Assembly: GCA_028534125.1 (NCBI GenBank)
Contig: CM052816.1
Coordinates: forward strand, 744,001-808,000
Length of the DNA: 64,000 bases
Direction of reading: 5' to 3'
DNA from: Lama glama
Lineage: Eukaryota
Made by a program: the position numbers and the translations under genes. This document shows positions 38,117-48,904 of the stretch, piece after piece (within the stretch, counting starts at the first letter, position 1; every line of letters starts with the position of its first letter). The notes under the pieces were generated by a model. That model did no database searches. It was not told the origin of the DNA and worked only from the letters and a program-made list of their open reading frames with translations.

Positions 38117-40057
38117 GTGAGGAGCCGGAAGCTGCTTAAACTGGAGGCGTGTGTGGGTGTGGATGTGTGTTAGGGAGGGACGAGGGAGAGAGGACTGGAG
38201 CAAGGAAAAGCTTGCCCCTTTTCCCTAGCATGAAATGCCCATCCCCTTTCCTTTCTGCGGATCCAGCTCTGGTCCTCCTCCTAGAGCTGCTTTAAGCACG
38301 CCCCGCCCCCTGTGGGATACTCCTGGGACTAACGTTAGTTCATTCATCACAAATCAGTCTTGAGCCTCTTATGTGCCAGTTACCAGGACGACAAAGAGGA
38401 ACACGGCTGTGGCAGTCTGGTTAGGGATAAGCGGCAGAGCCCAGAGCGAGATACCTTACAGCGACCACTGAGTACTGAGGGTGGGGCACTGGTTCCCCCT
38501 AGCTTGGGGGCAGACCTGAGGAACTTAGAAGTCCAGCAGATGTATGATGGCTGCGTTAAGGGAACGTGGTGTGGGTAGGGCTGAGATTGGGTTTCACATG
38601 CAGTGGCAGACACTGGAGGAAATCTGCTGGGGTGGGGCAAGCTGTAATGTGTCCAGCCAGATACCCTCAGAGTCCCTTTATGCCAGTCTGTATTTGTTTT
38701 TGTGTTGGAAAGCAAAGAGTTCCAGAGATTTGGGCTTTTCTGACTGCTATTCAGTGGCTTTGTTGCTCTTCTGGCCTCATTTGTCTTCCTGTGAAATGGG
38801 AATGAGGCCTGCGCTTTGCATGGAACGCAAGGCGAATGGAGGGGGCGCTGAGCAGGTTAAGATGCTGGCGTGCTGGGAAGCCTCTTCAGCTTGGGTGTGG
38901 AGAGTGAATGACCTTGTCCAAGGATCTCCGAGGCCTGATGCTGGGGGAGGGGACTGTGTTCAACCCCATTTGCCTTTTATTTTCTTTGCGTCCTATAGTC
39001 TGGAGTAGTGGCAGCTACTCTGATGTCACCCTGTACCGAGTTCATTGGGGAGGTGGAGTGGCCCCTAAGCCCCACCCTGCAGATAAGGAGGCTGTGTCTC
39101 ATCTCTGTGCCTGAGGAAGGGCTGTGAGGTGTGTGTGGTTTTATTCATTATGATTTTGAAGATGGCAAGAAGAGAAGGCAAGACAGATGGAGGCAAGGTG
39201 GAAGGTCCAGACATCTTTAAATATATGCTAGAATTGATTGTTCAGACTTTAGTGAGTTGGATGGAGGCTCATCTGAAATCACCGATGTTTTTAAATACCT
39301 AGCATTATTTTTCTTTAGTAAACTCAGGATATGGCTGCCTCTCCCCATTGACTCTCCCCATTCCTTGGCTGGGTATCTTCTGGACTATCCACTTCATTCC
39401 CTGCCTCCCAGTATGTATTCCACTGAGCAAGGCTGATTCTTGCTCTGTATTGGTCTAGCACCAGTAGTCAGCCCTAGCCACCAGCAGGGGTGGATTTCTC
39501 ACCTTGGATCAGCTTTGAAGGCTTTTCCTGTGCATGTCTGTCTTTGTCTTCGCAGCTCTTTTTGTAAAGGTCTCAAGGGCAGGGACAGTGACTTCTGCTG
39601 CAAATCCTCAAGATAGCGGCCTTCTCAGCTCATCCATTTCAAGCCCTTTCCAGGAGGACCTGGCCACCGAAGGTACCACACAGTGTTAATTACATCTCTC
39701 TCCTGCATGCGGCCCCATTGGTCTCCTGGGATGCTTGGAACACCAGTGCCACGTTGAAATACTACTGCTTTCTCCTGGACTCCATGCCTTGTTTGTCCAG
39801 TCACCCAGCTAGAGGAATCATATAATGATGTTTTGGGGAATGGGGTCGTTCCTTCTCTCCATTTGTGTAAGCATCATTCACATTGACACTTTTCACCTGT
39901 CCCAGGGCTTCTCATAAGGGGTGGTCTCTGTGGGCTTTGTCACTTTCCCCATCACCACCCCCGAAAAAACTATCGCAGGAGACCAGAACATTGAAGCCAG
40001 TGATTTCTGTTTGGAAATAGGGTCGTCTTTTGCTGCTGACCCCCATCAAATCCCATC

Positions 40058-40447
40058 ATGCCCACAGCCCTGTGCCCCCGAGTCTTGGCTCCAAAGGAAA
40101 GTGAGGAGCCCAGGAAAATGAGGAGCCCACCGGGAGAGAACCCTAGCCCCCAGGGTGAGCCTCCCAGCCCTGAGTCCTCCCGCCGCCTCTTCCGACGTTT
40201 CTGCTACCAGGAGGCGGCGGGCCCCCGGGAGGCCCTGCACCGCCTCTGGGACTTGTGCCGGGGCTGGCTGCGGCCTGAGAGGCACACCAAGGAACAGATC
40301 CTGGAGCTGCTGGTGCTGGAGCAGTTCCTGGCCATCCTGCCCCGGGAGATCCAGGGCTGGGTGAGGGCCCAGGAGCCCGAGAGTGGCGATCAGGCTGTGG
40401 CCGCTGTGGAGGCACTGGAACGAGAGCCGGGGAGACCCTGGCAGTGG
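40058..40447 (+). CDS. ZNF496: ZNF496 coding exon 1 (SCAN domain), 130 codons
   Basis: [34 protein letters not shown]...[16 protein letters not shown]...[25 protein letters not shown]...PWQW|gtgagc; N-terminus recognised as ZNF496/NIZP1; phase-0 donor. Confidence 0.96.
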
Positions 40448-40874
40448 GTGAGCAGAGGGGGCTGGGCTGGGCTGGGCTGGGCTGGCCGGGAGGATGGGAG
40501 GGGAGAGGGAGAGAGTGGGGCTGGGCGCCAGGTATGGAGAGAGGGCGGCCACCCTGTGCTTTGATGCTTTGGTGGGGTCACACATCCCCTGGCCGGGAAT
40601 GAGGAATTCCGTCTGAGCTGCGTGCATCACTTGAGGCCCACAGTGAAGTTTGGTTTCCCAGGAAAGCAGATTCCGTTCCCTAAAGGCCCTGATTTGTGGC
40701 CATTACCCTTTATAACGCTGTCCAAGGCTGGGGCTGAGCTACTGGTGTCCAAGTCAGTGGTTAGCAAGCACCCAGGGAGGGAGGGGTTTGCTCAGTCCCT
40801 GGTGTAGCCGCTGGGCCTCACCTGGCCAGGGACCCTCTCCACTGAGCTCTGAAAAGCCCTTTCTGGGATTGCAG

Positions 40875-41058
40875 CTCAAGCACTGTGAAGACCCTGTGGT
40901 GATTGACGATGGGGACAGCCCTCCAGACCAGGAGCAGGAGCGGCTGCCAGCAGAGCCCCAGAGTGACCTTGCAAAGAGCCAGGACGCCCAGCCCTTGGCC
41001 CTGGCTCAGGGTTCCGGGCTTCCAAGCAGACTATCGGGCCAGCTCAGCGGGGACCCAG
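40875..41058 (+). CDS. ZNF496: ZNF496 coding exon 2
   Basis: gcag|LKHCEDPVVIDDGDSPPDQEQERLPAEPQSDLAKSQDAQPLALAQGSGLPSRLSGQLSGDP+G|gtaggg; 184 nt, phase 0 to phase 1. Confidence 0.94.
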
Positions 41059-41729
41059 GTAGGGTGTCCAAGGAAGTGGGGGAGGGGCATTTATATATCA
41101 CCCTGTGCACTTGGCTTAGCTCTTGACATTTTTAGTTCTTTCCTGCCCCCTGAGTAGCCTTGAACCATTTTTAGGGTCTGGTCCTTCCCTAGAGCAATTC
41201 AATCGGAATCTCACGCGAGCGTCCTCTTCATGGTGCCAGGTCTGCCCAGAGGGACCTCTCCTATAGGTGGGACCTTCTGAGGCTGTATCATCTCATCTCT
41301 TTGAGGGCACATCTCTAGGCTTTGTTTGGGAGCGGCCAGGCGCTGTCACTGTCCCAGTAGGGCCTGTGTGGGGAGATGAGTATGACATGTCCTCTTGTCT
41401 CTCTGAACCTCTCTTTCTCCATCTAAACAGCTCCTCTCAATATTGTTACAATGTTACAAGGAAATATAAAAAATGCTTCCGGAAGCACAGAGTGATATTT
41501 TTGTAGCTTGGGGCATGAGTGTTGCCTAGAATATCTTAAATATCTGTACCAAGTACACTGATGGCTACAGGCAAGTGGTTTTGGCAGCAGATACACTTGA
41601 CTTTGACTCTTCTAGCCATGACCTGGGACATGCTTCTAAACTCTGCAAGCCTCAGTTTCCTGATCTGTCCTATGAAGATAATCATCACCTTTGTTGGGTT
41701 TTGTGGGTTTTTTGACGATTAAAGGATTA

Positions 41730-44115
41730 TAAGCGTATGTTGGAGATACTGCAGGTTCAGTGACAGACCACCACAATAAAGCAAATATTGCAATAAAGTG
41801 AGTCACATGAGTTTTTTATTTCCCTAGTATGTAGAAAATTTATGTTTACACCGTAGTCAATTATTAAGTGTGCAATGGTATTAGGTCTAAAAAAAAAACC
41901 AATATACCTACTTTAATTAAAAAATACTTTATTGCTGAAAAAATACTTCATTGCTAACCATCATGTGAGCCTTCAGTGAGTCGAAATCTTTTTGCTGGTT
42001 AGAGGTCTTGCCTCCGTGTCGATGGCTGCAGACTGATCAGGATGGTGGTTGCTGAAGGTTGGAGAGACTGGTAATTTCTTTAAGTGAGACAACAATGTAG
42101 TTTTGCCTCATTAATTGACTCTTCCGTTCAGGAATGATTTCTCTATAACATGTGATGCTGTTTTATAACATTTTACCCATAATTTCTTGCCTTTCAAAAT
42201 TGGAGTCTCTCAAACCCTGCCATTGCTTTATCAGCTAAGTTCACGGAATATCTAAATCCTTTGTTGTCATTGCAACAGTCTTCACAGCATCTTCCCAGGA
42301 GTGGATTCCATCTCAAGAAGCCACTCTCTTTGCTCATCCATAAGAAGCAACTCCTCATCCGTTCAAGTTTTATCAGAAGGTTGTAGCAATTCAGTCACAT
42401 CTTCAGGCTTGGCTTCTAATTCTAGTTCTCTTTGCTGTTTCCACCACATCTGCATTTACTTCCAGCACTGAGGTCTGGATCCCCTCAAAGCCATCCATGA
42501 GGGCTGGAATCAACCTCTTCTTCCAAATTCCTGTTAATGTTGATATCTTGATCTCTTCCAGTGAATCACGGTTGCCCTTAATGGTATCTAGAATGGTGAA
42601 TCCTTTCTAGGAGGTTTAAAATGTGTTTTGTCCAGATCCATCGGAGGAATCACTGTCGAGGGCCGCTATATCCTTATCAAATGTATTTCTTAAATAATAA
42701 GACTTGAAAGTTGAAACTACTCTTTGATCCGTGGGCTGTAGAATGGATATTATGTTAGCAGGCATGAAAACTAATTTCCTTGTCCATCTCCATCAGAGCT
42801 CTTGGGTGACCATAGTCAATAAGCACCAATATTTTGAAAGGATTCTTTTTTCTGAGCGGTAGGTCTCAACAGTGGGCTTAAAATATTCAGTAAACCATGT
42901 TGCAACCAGATGTGTTGTCATCTAGGCTTTGTTGTCACATTTATAGAGCACAGGCAGGGTAGATACAGCATCATTTTTAAGGGTTCTAGGATTCTGGGAA
43001 TGGTAAATGAGCACTGGCTTCAGCTTAAAGTCACCAGCTGCTTTAGCTGCTGACAAGAGAGTCAGCCTGCCTTTGAAGCCCTGAAGCCAGGCATTGACTT
43101 CTGTCTAGCTATGAAAGCCCTAGGCAGCATCTTCTTCTAATATAAGGCTATCTTGTCTACATTGAAAATCTGTTGTGTGGTGTAGACACCTTCATGAGTG
43201 ATCTGTGCTGCATCTTCCGGATACCGTGCTGCAGCTTCCCCATCAGCACTGGCTGCCTCACCTTGCACTTACTTGCTAAGGGGACATCTTTCCTAAAACC
43301 TTGTGAACCGACCTCTGCTAACTTCAGACTTTTCTTTTGCAGCTTCCTCACCTCTCTGAGTCTTCATAGGATTGAAGAGAGTTAGGGCCTTGCTCTGGGT
43401 TAAACTTTAGCTTCAGAGAATGTCGTGGCTGTTTGATCTGTTCGGAGCACTAAAACTTAACACCATACCAGCAATACAGCTGTTTTGCTTTCTTTGTGTC
43501 ATTTGTGTGTTCGTTGGAGTAGCACTTTTAGTTTCCTTCAAGGACTTTTCATTTGCCTTCACAACTTGGCTGACTGGTGCAAAAGGCCTAGCTTTCAGCC
43601 TGTCTCATCTTTTGACATGCCTTCCTCGCTGAGCTTTATCATTTCCATCTTTTGATTTAAAGTGAGAGACGTGTGGTTCTTCCTTTCACTTGAACACTTA
43701 CAGGCCGTTGAAGGGTTATTAATTGGCCTAATTTCAGTATTGTTGTGTCTCAGAGTAGAGAGGCCCGAGGAGAGGAAGAGAAATGGGGGAACAGCTGGTC
43801 TGTGGAGCGGTCAGAACACACAACATTTATCAGTTAGGTTCTCCATCTTATATGGAGACGGTTCATGGTGCCCTGAAATAATTACCACAGTAACGTCAAA
43901 GATCACTGTTCACAGATCACCGTTAACAGATAGAATCATAATGAAAACGTTTGAAATATCGCGAGAGTTAACCAAAAATGCGACACGGAGACGTGAAATG
44001 AGCAAATGCTGCTGGGAAAATGGCACCAATTCACTAGCTTGATGCAGCGTTGCCACAAACCTTGTTTTTAAAAAATGTTATCATCTGCGAAGTTCAGTGA
44101 AACAAGATATGCCTG
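41730..44115 (-). mobile_element. Tigger1 DNA transposon, near full length, decayed
   Basis: TA then taagcgtatgttggagata (compare CAGGCATACCTCGGAGATA) to aacaagatatgcctg; 2386 bp; antisense transposase remnants only in short broken frames. Confidence 0.9.
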
Positions 44116-44399
44116 AGCAGGGGGCCTGAGCCACCCTTGATGTTTCAGTTGATCGTTATGGGAAAAAATGGTGCTCTCTGGTTGAAGAAAGTGACCTCTA
44201 GGGTGTGAGGGTTGGTTCAGGAGAACTGATCATGTTGTGCTATAGTTCTAGATGGAAAAAGAAAGCGTCCTTGGCATTATACTGAGCTTTTCAGTTTAAA
44301 GAAAGTTGCATATTAAATTTCTTTATCTGTGAAACTATCCTGGTTTCTGTACAAATCAAATTACCTCTCTGACCTCTCTTTGGTTACAAGTCAAGACAG

Positions 44400-44790
44400 A
44401 CGTGCTAGTTTGTTCGGGCCGCCGTCACAAGATCGCACAGACTGGGCAGCTTAGACAACAGAAATGTATTGTCTTGTAGTTCTGAAGGCTGGAGTCCTAG
44501 ATCAAGGTCTCTGCAGAGATGGTTTCTCCTAAGGCCTTTCTCCTTGGCTTCTAGACAGCTGCCCTCTCTCTGTGTCCTCACATGGTCTTCCTTCTGTGTA
44601 TCTTGTGTCCTAATCTCTTGTGATTAGAGGAGCATCAGTCATGTGGGGTTAGGCTCCGCCCCCATTACCTCATTTGAATTTAATTAACCTCTTGAAAGAC
44701 CCTGTGCCCAAATATAGTCCCATTCTGAGGTGCTGGGGGTTGGGACTTCAAAATACGAATTTGGCAGAGATGCAGTTCAGCTCATAGCCA
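44400..44790. mobile_element. MLT1A-like MaLR LTR
   Basis: gctagtttgttcgggccgccgtcacaag...agactgggcagcttagacaacagaaatgtatt...cattctgaggtgctgggggttgggacttcaa. Confidence 0.85.
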
Positions 44791-45237
44791 CAGCCATGAG
44801 AAACCACTATTTGCCGAAGTAAACAATGCTCGTGCAAGTAGCCTGGGTTCTGTAGGTGGTTGGTGGCCATGAGTGGGCCCTCGGGATGAGGGGGAAGAGC
44901 TTCAAGAATGGTAACAGCCTTCTCGGGTCCTGGTGAAGTTCTGAGACAAGCCAGCTACCATGGATGGGCTTTGGGTCAAAAGGCACAGCTCTTCCGTTTC
45001 CCTGAGGAATAATAAATGGACAAAGTAGGCATGATGAAAGTTAGCAGTTAGGAAGACCTTAAACATTCAGGTGATTTATCATCGCGAAACACTTCCAATA
45101 AAAGCCATATAGTTCGTAATCTTGAAGATTTTCCCCCAAATACAGATTTTGTATAGAGTCTAAAAGCCTTCCAAAGTAATCTTCAAAATGTTGATGTATT
45201 TTATCTCCCGAAAGATGGCAGGTGTTAGAGGAGAATT

Positions 45238-45520
45238 AAACTCTGTTTATCCCTTCCCACCCTTTTTCCCTGCTGGTAACCATAAGTTTGTTTTCAGTGT
45301 CTGTGAGTCAGTTTCTGTTTCGAGATTTGCAGCTTCTAACTGCTACATATAAAATAGATAACAGGGAACTATATTCAGTATATATCAGTATCTTGTAGTA
45401 ATCTCTAATGAAAAGGAATTTGAAAAGGAATATATGTAATGTGTGTGTATGACTGAAACATGCTGTACACCAGAAATCGACAAACATTGTAAACTGACTT
45501 TACTTCAATTTTTAAAAAGT
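45238..45520. mobile_element. Short L1 insertion with inverted 5' part
   Basis: 45238-45320 is antisense L1 3' UTR; 45321-45520 is the immediately following sense tail. Confidence 0.8.
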
Positions 45521-46216
45521 GGGAAAAAAGAAACACCTCTTACTAAAATCCACGCCCACCTAGCCTGAGCTTCCAGCAGCAGAGTGATGAGGGGAACCCC
45601 CCTACCTCATCCCACGCCCACAAATGTCGCTGCTGGCCGAGCTGGCTCCTGTCTCAGACTCTTGTTCCAAGTAGCCGCACCTGCCCCTGCTGCTGACCAA
45701 AAGCTCTGTGCCCCAGGTGTGAAAGTTGAGGAACGCTGGCTTCTAGTGTTAGCTTTGACACTGGTTTTGCACGATAGCCTGGGGTTAACTTCCTAGATTT
45801 TCTCTAAGCTGAGAAATGACAGTGCAGCTTTCCAAGTCTTACTCAGCGGGAGGAGCACCTTTTGAAACAAAGCTCACTTTGACACGGCTGCACCATGGGC
45901 CGGGTATATGGCTCACTTCTTGCACAAGCCTGAGCAAGTGCTAGTCAGGGGAGAGATCATATCAGAATATAGCTGAGACCCTGATCGCCCAGGATAAGGG
46001 AGCCTGAGATGACCCCGGTACCACGCTCTGCGCTTCTGTGTGACGGTGGTTAGGGCACTGCGCCAGGTGCTTTTCCAGGAGTGTCTAATAGTGATAACGG
46101 TCTTTCTTACGGAGCTTTGCAATTTATAAACCTTTAAATGTATAAATTTATAAGACAGTAATCTTCACTGCCAACAGGTCTTACTGACCCCTCCACTCTG
46201 GAGCTCTAACCTTTTT

Positions 46217-46405
46217 GTGGGTGTGTGGGGAGTGGTAATTAGGTTTATTTATGGAGCTTTCACCTTTTTTTTTTTTTTTGGTAGGGTCGGGGAGATAATT
46301 AGGTTGGTTGGTTTGTTGGTTTTAATGAGGGTACTGGAGATCGAACCCAAGACCTTGTGCATGCTAAGCATGAGCTCTACCACTGGGTTATACCCCTCCT
46401 CCCCA
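46217..46405 (-). mobile_element. Vic-1-type SINE with duplicated tail segment
   Basis: taattaggtt occurs twice; gtactggagatcgaacccaagaccttgtgcatgctaagc. Confidence 0.85.
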
Positions 46406-46658
46406 ACCTTTATTTCAGATTGTGGGTGGTAAAGCTGAGGTCCCTGGACCTGCTAGGAGGCACATAGCTAATTGGTGACAGCCACCTTGAACCCAAGCTT
46501 TCCGTGTTGAAGTCCCCATTGACATGTCTGAAAGCAGAGTGACAGAAATGCTTATGGTTTGCAAGTACTTTTTGTGTGCATCATCTGGTAATCTTCTTGC
46601 TACAGGTGAGAAAAGAGACCCAGGATTTTATGAGATATCCTTTTCTGATCTCTTTCAG

Positions 46659-46735
46659 TTCCGCAAGACACTTCCCTTCTTCAGGAAGCGAGTGTGAGGG
46701 ACGCACAGCAGGTGACTGCCCTCCAGCTGCCCCCG
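46659..46735 (+). CDS. ZNF496: ZNF496 coding exon 3
   Basis: tctttcag|(V)PQDTSLLQEASVRDAQQVTALQLPP|gtgagt; 77 nt completing the phase-1 codon; compare recalled human VLQDAFLLQEENVRDTQQVTTLQLPP. Not in the ORF track. Confidence 0.92.
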
Positions 46736-48904
46736 GTGAGTGATTTCTGCAAGACTCTTTAAGAACTCCATGTTTGCCTCTCCTTAAGCTGCAGGGCAAC
46801 TTTTCCAGGACCCCAGGCCAGCTTGCTGTCTGCCACACAGGCTGTTCAGCCCTGGCCCAGACAGACTAATACAGGAAGGACATGGGTTTATAAGGTGCCC
46901 TCCTGCATCCCTCCCGCCCACATGGTCCTGGCTCTTCCCTGTGCTGGCTGTTTGTCATCTCCTGGAGCCTTTGTGCAGACAGTGATGGTGGAAGACAGAT
47001 GCCCTCGAGTCCTCATCTGTCGTCTTCCTGGCATCTCAGAGTTTCTTTCCTGTGAAAAAAGAGACGCCACTCATTTCCTAGGGTAGTTTTTATTTAGTAA
47101 TAATCACAGTGGTAACTATTTCAGCAATGTTAGGAAACGGAGGGGAAAATCACAGATCATTTCAACACCCTCCCACAACCGTTCAGTGGGTTTTCAGGGG
47201 GTTTCCTCTGCGTTTTCCCCTTCCACGTTTCCACACAAGGCTGACTTTCTCAGGTGTCCTCGCAGGATAGGGGCTGGTCTTAGTCTGGCAGGTGCTCTCA
47301 GTCTCCTCTTTCCCGCCCAGTTTCTGCCTTCAGCCGTGGTTTCCAACCATACCCCTTCGTTTTTCCTTTAACGCTTTCCGTTGGCTGGCATAAAATTTAG
47401 TTTTTACAGCATCTCCTTGTGCAAGAGTAGATTATATGAAGGTGTGGACCTCATTTCATTACTTGGTCCCTGGCAGATGGAGGACTGTCTGATGGACATC
47501 TGTACAGTAAACACAGCTCACGCTAGCTCTCAGGATGGTGCATTCGATAAGACCTTAAACTTGGGGAGTGCAGAGTGCTCAGGAGGGGAAGGAATTAGCC
47601 AGGGCACATGGGATGGGGCGTCTCCACTCCCTCAGCACTGTTCCCAGGGGCCCGGGTGCTCTGCGCATGTGTTGTCAGCGTCTGCCATGTACTGTGATGG
47701 CTGATGACAAATGACCCAAAGGAGGTGAAACGCACATGACCAGTATGACACACAAAGACATACTGAGAATTTAATATCTAATGAGCTTCGGTACTTATCT
47801 TTTGAGTTTCCCCAGGTTCCTGTAAATGCCATAGTGAACAGAAGATGTAGATTTTGATAAGTCATTGCTATTTCATCACTCAGTTGAAGATAGTTTCTGC
47901 ATAGTGCGCTAAGAGTCCCGTAACCATCATGAAGTTCTTTTTGTTTTGTTTTGTTCTGTTTTTTGGTCCAAAGTAGACTTTAATGGTTTTGAGCTATTAC
48001 AAACCAAGATTCAGTATAATCATATGTCCATGTATGGGAGGTGCATTATATAATGGGGTTTTTTTGAATTAAATTCTTTGGAGAATACAAGCAATGTTTA
48101 TTGAAGGATAAACTTAAGATTAAAATATATCCTAATTTGAATATATGTGTACTCAAAAATGTATTTAATACACACAATTCAAGTCCAAAGGTAACTGCCG
48201 CAATTACGTAGAACTAGACCCACGAAAGATTTTTTTTCGGGAAGGGGTATTTTAATACTGACGTTGTTTAGAATTGCTAACAGATACTGTTAGTAAAAAG
48301 AACACCTTTAATGATGTTAATATTGGTTTTAGATTTTAATATTTATTTTAAATTTTAGAAAATACAAGACTTACTGTTAGTATTCAGAGCAGACCATTTC
48401 CATCTTATCAACCTTGATATCCCACACTCCCTGACCAAACTATCCATTACCAGAAACTTTTAATGTTACATAACTTCTTTTTTCACCCAGCATTAATTTA
48501 TTAGCTAACCAGCTAATACTTATCTTTTGAGAGAATTAAGTGATTTTTAATTTAGTTTTAATAATATAAGACAAATCTAGTGAAATAACACTAAGTGTAA
48601 AATACACATTTCATTCAAAGAATAGTAAGAATATAGTGTTGTTTTGCAGTTAAGTTTTAAGGTTGACATTAGTCGATTTCTCTGCAAAGGAACTTTACAT
48701 AAGGGATTCTTTATGTCAATGAAAGAAAAAAATTAAATTAGTTTAAAGTATATAATAAGTTATTGAAAGGAATGTATATGGTTGAAATAACATGAACTAG
48801 AACTTCAGATTGTTTGGGGTGAAGATCTGTTTACTGTTGTCATTTCAAGAAAGTTATATAAATTGCTTTGTATAGCATGTAACATTTGGGAACTGACTGT
48901 CAGG

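Noticed and set aside
40046..40630. 194-aa antisense ORF over the SCAN exon
   Set aside because: Shadow frame of a GC-rich coding exon; no independent evidence.
40448..41126. ORF-track extensions of ZNF496 (to 40564; 40788-41126) as CDS
   Set aside because: Similarity to ZNF496 stops exactly at consensus splice sites; the extra residues are intronic.
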